Both the position numbers and the translations under genes were made by a program. A stretch of 63,964 bases of DNA, the filler included, from Collodictyon triciliatum (lineage: Eukaryota), in assembly GCA_043381765.1 (NCBI GenBank). It is 29 parts of 29 records of this genome, joined end to end, with 100 filler letters (N's around TTAATTAATTAA, not from the genome) between each part and the next. Parts side by side here need not be neighbours in the genome. Positions count along the whole stretch, not along the records: positions 40,456 to 42,596 come from JBHJMP010009428.1; positions 42,697 to 44,839 come from JBHJMP010009429.1; positions 44,940 to 47,079 come from JBHJMP010009430.1; positions 47,180 to 49,319 come from JBHJMP010009431.1; positions 49,420 to 51,559 come from JBHJMP010009432.1; positions 51,660 to 53,799 come from JBHJMP010009433.1; 23 more parts are not named here. The stretch is one strand, 5' to 3'. Below are positions 40,617 to 52,629 of this stretch, piece after piece; the first letter of the stretch is position 1; each line of letters begins with the position of its first letter. The notes beneath the pieces are model-generated. The model did not search any database. It saw only the letters and a program-made list of their open reading frames with translations, and had not been told where the DNA came from.

Positions 40617-41815
40617 TAACCGCAAAGGATCTGCACTATGCCGAACGTCGACGAAGTCTGCTTCACACAAGACCCGCGAAGGATCTCCACTATGCCGGAC
40701 GTCGACACAGTCTGCTCCACACAAGACCCAGGAAGGCCCTCCACTATGTTGGGATGAGACGAAGTCTGCCTCACACAAGACCCGCAAAGGCTCTGCACTA
40801 TGCCGGAATATGACGAAGTCTGCCTCACACAAGACCCTCAAGGGCTCTCCACTATGGCGGACGTCGACGAAGTCTGCCCCACATACACAAGACCCACGAA
40901 GGCCCTCCACTATGTTGGGATGAGACGAAGTCTGCTTCACACAAGACCCGCAAAGGCTCTCCACTATGCCGAACGTCGACGCAGTCTGCTTCACACACGC
41001 AACCCTCGAAGGCTGTCCACTATGTTGGGATGAGACGAAGTCTGCCTCACACAAGACTCACAAAGGCTCCCACTATGCCGAACGTCGACGAAGACTGCTT
41101 CACACAAGACTCACAAAGGCTCCCACTATGCCGAACGTCGACGAAGACTGCTTCACACAAGACCCACGAAGGCTCTCCATTATGCCGAACGTCGACGAAG
41201 TCTGCCTCACACAAGACCCACGAAGGCTCTCCACTATGCCGAACGTCGACGCAGTCTGCCCCACATACACAAGACCCACGAAGGCCCTCCACTATGCCGA
41301 ACGTCGACGAAGTCTGCTCCACACAAGACCCGCAAAGGCTCTCCACTATGCCGAACGTCGACGAAGTCTGCTTCACGCAAGACCCGCAAAGGATCTCCAC
41401 TATGCCGAACGTCGACGAAGTCTGCCTCGCACAAGACACACAACCCTCGAAGGCTCTCCACTATGCTGGAATACAACGAAATCTGCTTCACACACGCAAG
41501 ACCCACAAAGGCTCCCCATTATGCCGAACGTCGACGAAGTCTGCTTCACGCAAGACCCGCAAAGGATCTCCACTATGCCGGAATACGACGCAGTCTGCTC
41601 CACACAAGACCCTCGAAGGCCCTCCACTATGCCGAACGTCGACGAAGTCTGCTTCACACACGCAAGACCCTTGAAGGCTCTCCACTATGCCGGGATGTGA
41701 CGAAGTCTGCCTCACACAAGACCCTCGAAGGCTCTCCTCTATGTCCGAATACGACGCAGTCTGCTTCACACACAAGACACGCCCTCGAAGGCTCTCCAGT
41801 ATGCCCGAATACGAA
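40617..41815 (+). repeat. About 22 tandem copies of the 54-bp minisatellite (same family as 13672-14590)
   Basis: Consensus gacccgcaaaggctctccactatgccgaacgtcgacgaagtctgcttcacacaa (54 nt). Confidence 0.95.
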
Positions 41816-42596
41816 AACCGTAAGTCTTGTGCAATTAGATACTTCATTTTATTATGCTCTTCACTTCGAGCACTTTGTTTTGTACTTGCATAAACCTTGT
41901 CGATGTTTTTGATATAATACATATAGAATGGTATATTCATGCATAAAGGTGCAAAATTGAATCTCTTGTGAATAATAGTACAATCTGTGTCAGATATGGG
42001 GAACATTCGAAGTCCTAATTCCCTGCTTATTGAGCAACGAAGTCGAATCGCGGACACACACGCAAAGACTGCAAAGGCTCTCCACTATGCCGAATACGAA
42101 AGCCGTAAGTCTTAAGCAATCAGATATTCTATTTCCCATCTCTCACTTCGAGCATTTTGTCTGTTTACTCCACAGACTTAATCGATGTTGTTTTTGTCAT
42201 AATCCGTATTGAAGGCTTATTCATGCATAGAGCACAAAAATTGAATTTCTCCTGCCATAATAGAGCAAATTGTGTGCGGTTATGTGGAATATTCGAAGCC
42301 CAATTCCCTGATTATTGAGCAACAAAGCCGAATTGCGGACAATACGGAAAGGCTCTCCACTATGCCCGAATACGAAAACCGTAAGTCTTAAGCAATCAGA
42401 TGTTTTTTTTATCTTCACTTCACTTTGAGTATTTTGTTTTGCCCTTGCATACACCTAGTCGATGTTTTCGCTATAATTCATATAGAATGGTATATTCATG
42501 CATAGAGCATAAAAATTGAATTTCTCCTGCCATAATATAGCAAATTGTGTGCGGTTATGTGGAATATTCGAAGCCCAATTCCCTGATTATTGAGCA
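41781..42596 (+). repeat. At least three tandem units of about 275-290 bp (same family as 14557-15380)
   Basis: The core recurs at about 41785, 42073 and 42348 with the same AT-rich body. Truncated by the contig end. Confidence 0.92.
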
Positions 42597-42696
42597 NNNN
42601 NNNNNNNNNNNNNNNNNNNNNNNNNNNNNNNNNNNNNNNNTTAATTAATTAANNNNNNNNNNNNNNNNNNNNNNNNNNNNNNNNNNNNNNNNNNNN

Positions 42697-42773
<77 letters not shown>

Positions 42774-42989
42774 ATAATAATAATAATAATAATAATTGGA
42801 TGTGTGTGATTGAAGGTACAAAAAACCATCCAATTATACGTATATTCACTGTATAAAGTAAAACTATCATCTAAGATTCTTATCCGATCCACTTCTATCT
42901 ATTGTACTGATGCCCATCGGTCATGGCGTAACATGTTAATGGAGCTGATTGTGGTTTTAATGTATATGTATATACCACTTTTTTTTACC

Positions 42990-44660
42990 CAAGTCTGTCC
43001 ACAACTTCGGCCATGGCTATTCCATGGACTTCATCGCGGTCTAAAGTTCTTTGGTATGCCTACAGACCGATGGGGTTCACGTTTTGATACATATGAATAA
43101 AACAAAAATAAAAAATGTATGATGTCAGGAAGTTGCATTTAGAAGGATAATATTCATTTTAACACAAACCTTTGTGAAACTATCCATTTGGTCAACTTTA
43201 TCAGACCCAAGGATTCCGTATACCTCAGCCGCAGTCTCGCTAATCGTGTGCCGGAAGTCAACGAAGCTATATATTGGATATTAAAAATTATAATTTAAAT
43301 GACATCAAAATTAGCAACTTAATCACATGCTCTATTTGCTTTCATGAAATGAAAATATGAAAATGAAATAGAAAGGTAACCTCTTATCGAGAATGCGATT
43401 AACTTGCTCCTGACACTTCTCGAAAATATCCATCAAGTCTTCAACAACCTTTTCGAATCGATTTGTGAATAGATAAGAAATGCAGCGTGAGAAACCCATT
43501 CATGCCGGCACATTTAAAACTTGTACTCACTTGTTCCTGAATTTTAAGCTTCTTTACATTTAGAGTTTGATATACTGGAGTGTGTTTCCTGAAAAGAAAG
43601 TTAAAAAGTTAAAAAGTTAAAAAGCTGAATATAATTGCTCCAGTATTTAGTAGTATTATCTTAATTATTATCTTTATCATTATCTTTATTAAAAATATTA
43701 TAATTACTATTGTTCATTTCAGAGTTTTTATTTCAAATAACTACCTCCTATACTTTAAAAAGAAAAATGAAATAGCCACGGAAAGTGAACGGAGACAAAC
43801 CACATCATTTCAATGTCGGAACCCAATAGAGGATGTTTCGGATGAGCATGGTAAAAAGCGCGAGCTTTGGCGTTGATGGGCATGGCCTACACAAAAAAAC
43901 ACGGGCTTTGAGGGAATACCACTTAAAGAGAAATGGACGCAGAAACTGAGATGGTTAATTATGGTAAATATCGTTTACAGTGTGCGCAATTGAAAGGGAA
44001 AATGAGGAAATGAACGTCGGAACCTGGTATGAGTCTTGGGATATTGAAACATCAGACAACTTCAGGCTTTGATTGGCCATTAGACATGATTGAATACCTG
44101 TATCGAGGAAGGGAATTAATTATGAAATTATGGGTATGGAAGTAAGCTTATTGCTTTAGTCTTTTTCTGTGGCAGGAGCTTAAAAAAAATTGTGTAATCT
44201 GGGTTTTATAAAAAATATATACTCTCAACAATGGTATGAAGTTTAAAATGAGCAACTCTGTCCGTTTCCTAATATTCATGAAAAAAAAATGGTGATATTT
44301 TAACTGTCAACTCCTTAGTTTAAGAAAAATCATGTAAACATAGATGCTGATTGTATATTATTCATTTGCATATTTAGAAACAAACTTTTGCCATTCTCCC
44401 AATGTCGACAATCGGTATTGGAAATACTCTTTTGTAAGGAAGAAGTTTTACAGTCGGAGATAAGTTAATTGAAAAATTTTTTGTTCACAAAAGAAGAAAT
44501 AGACAAAAGTGCTAATTAAACAAACTTTATTGTTGAATTGTACGAAAGGCCATTCCGAAGATATTCCAGTCCCGCCATTGTGATGTTATTGTCGTCCAAA
44601 GTTAGTGACACAAGTCCACGGTTCGTGTATAGAGATTTTGCCAAACTTGTAATAACTTCA
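42990..44660 (-). CDS. CARMIL/Acan125-like LRR protein (last RNI-type LRRs and helical region)
   Basis: SLAKSLYTNRGLVSLTLDDNNITMAGLEYLRNGLSYNSTIK|VFPIPIVDI resembles the end of the CARMIL LRR domain. Helical exons follow (VVEDLMDIFEKCQEQVNRILDK; FVDFRHTISETAAEVY). Confidence 0.7.
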
Positions 44661-45123
44661 AGAGAGAGAAAAAATTTTGTAATTGAGCAATGAGCAAAGA
44701 ACATATACGGCAAATATCTTTTGAGATAAATTGAATATACTTTTCTTTTTTTCTTTTTTTCTTTTTTTCTTTTTTTCTTTTTTTCTTTTTTTCTTTTTTT
44801 CTTTTTTTCTTTTTTTTCTTTTTTTCTTTTTTTCTTTTTNNNNNNNNNNNNNNNNNNNNNNNNNNNNNNNNNNNNNNNNNNNNTTAATTAATTAANNNNN
44901 NNNNNNNNNNNNNNNNNNNNNNNNNNNNNNNNNNNNNNNAAAAACGACAACAAAAAACAAAAAAAAAAAAAAAAAAACAACAAAAAACAACAAAAAACAA
45001 CAAAAAACAACAAAAAACAACAAAAAACAACAAAAAACCAACATAAAAATAAAACAATAATAAAGACACAAATGTTCATTAAGAAGTAGAGAAATGTAGT
45101 ACTAATTAAAAACAATATCCGGG

Positions 45124-46269
45124 CTATTTTTGTTTGCAAAAACAATGAGCGAACTGAACAAAAGAAGTATGGGCTTTACATGTCTCTCCCACGTATATTG
45201 CGTTCTGGTACATATCAGGAGACTGCATAGCATGCACACAAAACTCTTTCCTCTTGAAGAGAATCCTTGGGTGATTGCGCTTTGGATGAATGGCAAAAAA
45301 ATCTGAACGAACAGCCCCGTGGCGATTGTTCAAGTATCTCGACACAGTCCTTTCGCTCACGTGTATCCCAAACTCAGAGTCAATCAACTTGACAAGATCC
45401 ATGACTCTTGTTTCCGGATGTAGTGTATGATAGCGGATAATCATCTGCTGATGCTCCAGGGTCAGCTTTGGATGGCGGAACGAGTCCGGGGTTCTCTTTT
45501 TGCGGTAGATGCTTTCGCCGTTCTGAACCTTGTGACAGAAATCATATATGGTGGACAGGCCGAGATTCAAGACACGGGCAATCTTGATGGGACTATCGCC
45601 CATCTCCAGCATCCTCTGAGCCGACTCGCGCTTCTCATCCGTGAAGACACCCATGGATTTGCGCGTCTTCGAGTCGTGGAAAGCGATGCTATCGGAGCTG
45701 AGATGCTGGTCATAACCCATTTGCGCAGACGCATTAACGACCGACGGAGGTAGCTTTGCAAAGGCGCCCAAGTCCGAAGGAGGCTCATTGACAAAGATTG
45801 CCCCGGCGTTTGGCAACCCGTCCTTGTCCAAAGCCTCGTACGTCTTGCGCGTGTGGAAGGATTCGTCCGGGGCGGCGGCGCCTTGGGCGCATTCTGTTTG
45901 CTGATGCCCGATGCGGCTCTCCTCGAGCGGCGCCTTGCGCTTCGGCATCCGCGGCCTGTGCGGCGCTTTCTCGGGGATGCGGTCTTTTGGGCCGCCCAAA
46001 GCGCCGTCGGCCTGCGCAAGACTCGGGTAGAGTAACGCATCGGCCGGCGCGTCGTCTGGCCGGCGTGTTGTGTGCTGCTCAACAAGGGCGAGGATGGGCT
46101 GCAGGCTGGGCTCCGGCAGGATGGAAAGGTCGCAGAGGTGGCGCAGAATCTGCAGGCGTCGCTCATGCAGAGCCTCGCTGGGCGGCTGTGTTGCGGCCGG
46201 CGGGAATGTGCTCAGCAGCACGAGGAGGCGGCCCAGCGTGTCTGCTCGGCGGGCGTCCGGGTCGGCCAT
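45124..46269 (-). CDS. IS630/Tc1-mariner transposase-derived protein: N-terminal extension, two HTH domains, start of a degenerate DDE domain
   Basis: HTH1 is GDSPIKIARVLNLGLSTIYDF, linker RHPKLTLEHQQMI, HTH2 is HPETRVMDLVKLIDSEFGIHVSERTVSRYL, then KRNHPRILFKRKEFC...NAIYVGET (family consensus iyiDEt). Confidence 0.8.
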   Translation of the reverse strand: MADPDARRADTLGRLLVLLSTFPPAATQPPSEALHERRLQILRHLCDLSILPEPSLQPILALVEQHTTRRPDDAPADALLYPSLAQADGALGGPKDRIPEKAPHRPRMPKRKAPLEESRIGHQQTECAQGAAAPDESFHTRKTYEALDKDGLPNAGAIFVNEPPSDLGAFAKLPPSVVNASAQMGYDQHLSSDSIAFHDSKTRKSMGVFTDEKRESAQRMLEMGDSPIKIARVLNLGLSTIYDFCHKVQNGESIYRKKRTPDSFRHPKLTLEHQQMIIRYHTLHPETRVMDLVKLIDSEFGIHVSERTVSRYLNNRHGAVRSDFFAIHPKRNHPRILFKRKEFCVHAMQSPDMYQNAIYVGETCKAHTSFVQFAHCFCKQK

Positions 46270-47448
46270 CCTGTGCGTTGGGGGGCGGGCCGCTTCTCTG
46301 CTCTGTCTGCATGTTGTTTCGACGGAGGAGGTGTTGAGGTTTTTTTTTTATTTAATTATGTCCTTTTTTTTTTCTATTTATTTTTCATTCATTGGTGGTA
46401 TGTTTTTCTTTGATGCTTCTTTCTTTTATTTATATTTGGGTTTATATTGCTCGGTAAAGAGCGTTTATGTTTTTTTTTTCTTTGTGTGTGTGTTTTTCTG
46501 TTTGCATCCTTCGTTATTGCTCTTTCTTCTTCTTCTTCTTCTTCTGTTATATTCTTGTTTACAAGCTAGTGTTTTTTTTCTTTTTCATGTGCTGTTCTTT
46601 TTTTTTCTCTCTCTCTGTGTCATTTTTCAGTGCGTTTTATTGGTTTCCTTTGTATGGATCTCGAAAGGTGATCGTTAAAAATTGCCGAAGCAGACTCTGC
46701 TTTCAATGTGTAGACAAAACACCCAGATTATAGTTTTGATGCCGTTTTTTGGATTGGATGCGATCAGACCGAGTGTGTTTTTTTTTCTTCGTTTCTTTGT
46801 TTGTTATTTCTTAATTATTATTTTTTTTTATGTTTTTGGAGTGGGCGGGCTTTGGGACGGTCTTCATTCAGAAGATCTTACTCTGATCGACTCATCAGAT
46901 GATTATCATTATTCTTTTCTTCTCTTTTATTTGGGGGGCTTTTATTTTTTTTTTTTTTTGTTTTAGGTTTTTTATTTTTTTTTTTTTTTTTTTTTTTTGG
47001 GGGGCTTTTTTTTTTTTTTTTTTTTGGCTATTCCTTATTATTATTTTCAGTGAAGCTATGAGTAAAAGAAGACAAACAANNNNNNNNNNNNNNNNNNNNN
47101 NNNNNNNNNNNNNNNNNNNNNNNTTAATTAATTAANNNNNNNNNNNNNNNNNNNNNNNNNNNNNNNNNNNNNNNNNNNNAAAGAAAAGAAAGAAAAGAAA
47201 GAAAAGAAAGAAAAGAAAGAAAAGAAAGAAAAGAAAGAAAAGAAAGAAAAGAAAGAAAAGAAAGAAAAGAAAGAAAAGAAAGAAAAGAAAGAAAAAGAAA
47301 GAAAAATGAAAATGAAAAAAGAAAAAGAAAAAGGAAGGAAAATCCATAACACATAGACAGGCCTTGAAACGAACAACACCTCGGCACCCGGTCGATCCAT
47401 ACACGTACAGACGACACTCTTTTCTCCTTACAGGTTTCCCTTATCTGT

Positions 47449-48042
47449 TTGCTTCCCATGGGCCTTACGTTATCCTCCGATGCCTCATTAGGCCAACTGC
47501 GCCGATATGTCGGTGACCCCAATATCACAACACTCCAAAACCGCACAATCCTCGAACTCACAGAGCGTAATATCTCATGTATCCCGCTGAGTCTCTTTGA
47601 GCTGACGCGTTTGGCTCGTTTGCAGCTATGGTGTAATCGGTTTTCGGTTCTGCCACCAGAAATAACGCGTTTGCAATGCCTCACTGACTTTAGTATTGGG
47701 AGTAATCGGATCTCTTCGATTCCGATGGGCCTCTACCAGCTGACCCGCTTGGTGTATTTGAGTCTAGATGTGAACCAGATTACGTATCTATCGCCTGAAA
47801 TATCACGCCTGACGCGTCTTAACGATCTTGATATTGGAAGTAATCGAATATCGGTCTTACCTCGAGAAATCTCGCACTTGACTCGTCTCAACAAGCTAGA
47901 TGTGTCTAGGAATCCGATACCATCGCTGCCACCAGAGATGTCATGTTTGGAAAAGCTCTCTTCATTAAATGTTCAAGGAGCTACACTGTCGCTGATTCCG
48001 CCTGAAATGGCACACTTGACAAACCTAACTGTGCGTTTATAG
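47449..48042 (+). CDS. Leucine-rich repeat protein (23-aa LPxEIxxLxxLxxLxLxxN type); no intron across the LRRs; 3' end possibly degenerate
   Basis: About 7 regular LRRs such as VLPPEITRLQCLTDFSIGSNRI. An ATG is available at 47458. Confidence 0.85.
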   Translation: MLPMGLTLSSDASLGQLRRYVGDPNITTLQNRTILELTERNISCIPLSLFELTRLARLQLWCNRFSVLPPEITRLQCLTDFSIGSNRISSIPMGLYQLTRLVYLSLDVNQITYLSPEISRLTRLNDLDIGSNRISVLPREISHLTRLNKLDVSRNPIPSLPPEMSCLEKLSSLNVQGATLSLIPPEMAHLTNLTVRL

Positions 48043-49610
48043 GATAATCCTTGAAGGCACGTCTACTGGGAATGCTTGAAGTTGATATTCTGTGCGCGAA
48101 TGAGCCACCAAAAGAATACTACTAGCCGCCACTACTAACTTCCCTAATAAAAAGAAAGAAGAAGCATCCCACCCCATTATTATCCGTTTGTATTAATTGC
48201 TTTGTAGCTCGATTTTTTTTCTCGTGTCGTACGACTCAAATCTTCTATTATCTGATTAATTACACTCGCTATCCGCGATTTGTCACGAGTTATTTCTTTC
48301 CTGCCAGGCGAAACATACTGGTCCCTCCAGTTTCTGATACACAGATGATTTCATTTTTCTTGGTTGATTCTCATTTCAAACATCTTGGTTTAAATACATC
48401 CGCTGACTCATTGATGAGAATCTTTTCAGCACAAAGCGAAATTAACAGTAGCAATTATAGAAGAAAGTTACCTAATTTTGCTCTCTCACCATTAAAGAAA
48501 AAAAAGTCTCTTGATTCTTGCTTCGTCGAATGCTTACATATGTATTTGACAGAATGGGGAAAAAAAACTCTTTGAATAATGGCGGGTGGCATGAAAAAAC
48601 AATGGTATTTTATCAACATACTCTGGATTTAACAATTAAATGGAAGTAGAGGCGATTACCGCTTAACATTCAAACGCGTGGTCATGAGATATCTTGGTGA
48701 AGTAACCGTCAATGTACCCCTCACGTTATATAATTGAATAAAGGAAGACAAGAACCATATAAATCGATTGGATTCAATAGTTCAAATCGAACAATACTCC
48801 TTCAAACCTTCTAAAAGAGTCGCTGTGATGAACTCAAGCTGATAAAGCCATGATTATGCTCGTAGTCTTGAAAAAAAAAGAAGAAGACTTCGTGACTAGG
48901 TGCTGTGCGATGTATAGCTAATACAGACTGCCCGCCTTCAACAAAAAGAAAACACATTATGATAAACTCATTGGGCACGTCTGTCCGTACATAGCAAAAA
49001 AATAAAAAAAGAGTTTTAATTCGAAGGAAAATATGATACATGAATGAGAAGAAAATAAAATGAGAAAAACATATACACATGTATCTAACAAATGGTTGAA
49101 CATTTGGTTCCATTTATTTATTCTGCGATTTGAATCGAATGTCTGGCCACAGGACAACCAAAAACGCTGCGAATCCCTTGGGCCTTATATGCGCCGTTGG
49201 AGTAGGAGACCTAAGTTGAATACAATTCGTTTGTAATAGTATCGAACCAAATAACTTTTGTTATGGTTAGGGTAAGAATTACTGCGAATGGCTCCTGTGG
49301 GCGCTGGTTAGTGCTGCATNNNNNNNNNNNNNNNNNNNNNNNNNNNNNNNNNNNNNNNNNNNNTTAATTAATTAANNNNNNNNNNNNNNNNNNNNNNNNN
49401 NNNNNNNNNNNNNNNNNNNAAGAGAGAGAAAGAGAGAGAAAGAGAGAGAAAGAGAGAGAAAGAGAGAGAAAGAGAGAGAAAGAGAGAGAAAGAGAGAGAA
49501 AGAGAGAGAAAGAGAGAAAGAGAGAAAAAGAGAGACAGGTTTAGATGACGACATCGTGATGTTATGTTCAATTAAATATACCCAAGTAGCCTATGGATGA
49601 GACGAATTAC

Positions 49611-51411
49611 CGTTTCACTATACCATTGACTTTAACGTCATCACCTGGTTTCACCATGTCAACAAGGTCATTCTCTAGAATAACAAGCATCGAACGTGGG
49701 ATGCTTTATATGTAAAAAAAAAAAAAAAGAAGTAAAGATAGAGATTATATTTCTATATGAACTAAAAATAATGATAGCAATTATTTGCAGATAAAATTAC
49801 CTTCCCATATCAAGTTTATACACATGCTCTTGAATCTTGATTTCCTGATAATCACGACATACAGATCCCGTTTCGACGGGTCTGAAATTTGTGCTCTAAA
49901 CTCGTAATCCGGTATCAATTTTTATTTACACAACAGTTCTGTTTACTTAACTAGAATAACTCTTCAATAACAAAGAATGTATTGTTTACTTTGCAAGGTT
50001 TGAGTCCTTTTGAAGGGCACAATTTGGGCTTTGGTATTGCATAAAACTGTTCGATATCAGCAACAAGACGAAATGTTTGGCCGCACTTTGTGCACTCGTA
50101 CTGCCTAGAAGCCTCTAACATTTTTACCACTCCAGTTCTAGATGAAACAAAGAAAGGGAGAGAAAAACAAAGAAAAACAAAGAAAAACAAAGAAAAACAA
50201 AGAAAAACAAAGAAAAACAAAGAAAAACAAAGAAAAATATCGATAATTTGCTAGATGAGTCGCTCATATAAAGTGTTTATGATGCAGTACATTACCATAA
50301 TATATACACAAACTCAAAGCTAACCTGACCACTGTCCCTGGTATCGAAACAAAAAATTCTACATCACTCGACCTTGGGAGCCCCGACTTTACAACCTTTG
50401 CATGTGATTTTAGGTATACTACATTTCATAAACACCCGTTCAAGCTCTTTCCAAAAAGAAAAAGAAAAAGAAAAAGAAAAAGAAAAAGAAAAAGAAAAAG
50501 AAAAAGAAAAAGAAAAAGAAAAAGAAAAAGAAAAAGAAAAAGAAAAGAAAAAGAAAAGATAAAAAGATAGCATGGTGTGTTGTAGAAAAAAAGAAATACC
50601 TCCCTGACTGGTGGGAATTCGATAATTCGAGGATGGACATTCTGTTTCACTGTCATCGAATATGCCTCTGGTTTGTCCTCCTTCTGAAACTCGGAGAGAA
50701 TATCCTCCTATTGATAACTTAGCAAGGGATACACTAACTGAAATACATATCTGCAGGAGTGCTTCATTAATTGGATAGGAAGAGATATAAGTAGTGCTGA
50801 ATACAACCTGAGCAAATTTGATTGCTATGGAAAAGCGAGGGATAAGCTTTCCAGGAAACCGGAAGAAGAGAGAGCCAAGGTCAGGATTGAAGTCGATTAA
50901 TTGGAAGCCACTTTTGCGGTGAATAACAAAGAGGTCGGGTTGGTTTAGGCCGATTCATGCACGATTCAACATTTTGACAGAACCAGCTGCAACTGAGGCA
51001 TAAATCATAAGGCATTGATATAGTAGTAAACTTACACAACTCTGATGCAGTAATGTGCGTGATTGTCCAACTCCTCCATAATGGCGATTAAATCACCTCT
51101 GTGATAACCACGAAGATATGCTTTAAAGGCCTGTGCAGATAATTTATTTTTTAAAAAAAAAGAAAAAGAAAAGAAAAAGAAAAAGAAAAAGAAAAAGAAA
51201 AAAGAAAAAGGAAAAAGGAAAAGGAAAAAGAATAAGAGCGACTTTGCAATAAAAAGAAAACGTGAGCTTTATGCTTGACAGACAGGACAGAACGCGAATA
51301 GCCCCGACTCTCTTTATTCTATGCAAACAGCAAACCCACCGCAAAGTATTCTTCGTCGAGAACATCCTCGGGTTGCAGAAGCAGATTCGTCTCGATCTCA
51401 TTGAGGGCCAT
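49611..51411 (-). CDS. MCM9: DNA helicase MCM9, N-terminal exons
   Basis: LPRSSDVEFFVSIPGTVVR|TGVVKMLEASRQYECTKCGQTFRLVADIEQFYAIPKPKLCP...|CRDYQEIKIQEHVYKLDMG|SIPRSMLVILENDLVDMVKPGDDV. The ADxEQxY and YQEIKIQE...SIPRS motifs are MCM9-like. ATG at 51411. Confidence 0.87.
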
Positions 51412-51481
51412 CCTATTCTTCTAAAGTATGGAGAGCAAGAAGGAAAGTAAACATATGAGCAAAAATAAAAATAAAAATAAA

Positions 51482-51559
<78 letters not shown>

Positions 51560-51721
51560 NNNNNNNNNNNNNNNNNNNNNNNNNNNNNNNNNNNNNNNNN
51601 NNNTTAATTAATTAANNNNNNNNNNNNNNNNNNNNNNNNNNNNNNNNNNNNNNNNNNNNAAATGTATTTATTTTGGTCATTGCAATCAAATCATAAGGTT
51701 TTTTTTTTAAAAGAACCATAC

Positions 51722-52629
51722 CTGCGTCAGAATTTGATATATCGATGAAGTTGATTAAGGTTGTTGGACCAGCATTCACCGCATTATTCAAGGTTTGTGC
51801 CGAAACGAACACAGCCCTAGTAAATTCCGTGGTACAATTGTAGAACATATAAATTTAATACCAAAAATGATATTAGCACATCCTGTTTCCAATGATTACC
51901 TAAACCTCGAGAAACTCACGTTTTTGATTTTGTGATTAGCGCCGCGCGTTGGCTCCACTCACTGCGAAGGGTCGTCGCGAAATCTGAGATTCCAAGAGAG
52001 TATTCTTTGGCAGCAACAGCCAACAGAACCTTGGGAATTTAAAAGGCGTTAATGAAGCATGTGCATATTATTTTTTATTTTACTTTCCTTAAAACGACAT
52101 CATTCACGATCGAAAGGACAAATTTTATTTGCACATTGTGAATAGCTAATATTGAAATGGAATATATTGGGGTTGTGTAATTACGTCATAGGTAGACTCT
52201 ACAGCATTAGCCACAGGCGATAGGGATAGTTGGGTCTGAACTCCGTAGTTGAGTAGGATGTGGGAAAGCGTCGAATAGAGCATCGGCGACGAAGGATAAT
52301 AGAGAGTGATAGGCTATTCCAATAAGTCATGTCATCAAGGGGAAGTTGGGTCGGTTTCATTTCTGAGGAGAGAGCAAAGCTGCGAGAATGAGCTGCTCGT
52401 AGAGAGAAAACTTCGTGGAGGGAACATATTCGTACCTGATTTGGCAGCGAGATACTTGGGTTGATTGAAATAAGGTAAGGGTCATTCCAGCGAACGATAG
52501 CGCCTGATTTCAAGGTTAGAACTCGTGAGTCGTAGAAGTCGTAAGAGGTTACCATGGCAGCTACGTTGTACACACATGCTATATACCTGAGATGATTCCA
52601 TCAATTGCTGTCGGGTCGAGTATTACAGA
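51722..52629 (-). CDS. Spliced gene fragment encoding a PstS-like periplasmic-binding-protein domain
   Basis: Exons 52629-52587, 52503-52436 and 52313-about 52185, plus two more, join in frame to VILDPTAIDGIISGAIVRWNDPYLISINPSISLPNQPITLYY...VLLAVAAKEYSLGISDF...AALITKSK. This follows the PstS pattern G.I..WNDP.I...NP...LP...I. Confidence 0.75.

Noticed and set aside
40404..42057. Long repetitive ORFs (up to 244 aa) over the minisatellite
   Set aside because: They occur in several frames on both strands because the unit is about 54 nt. Unit-length variants shift frames freely, so no frame is preserved.
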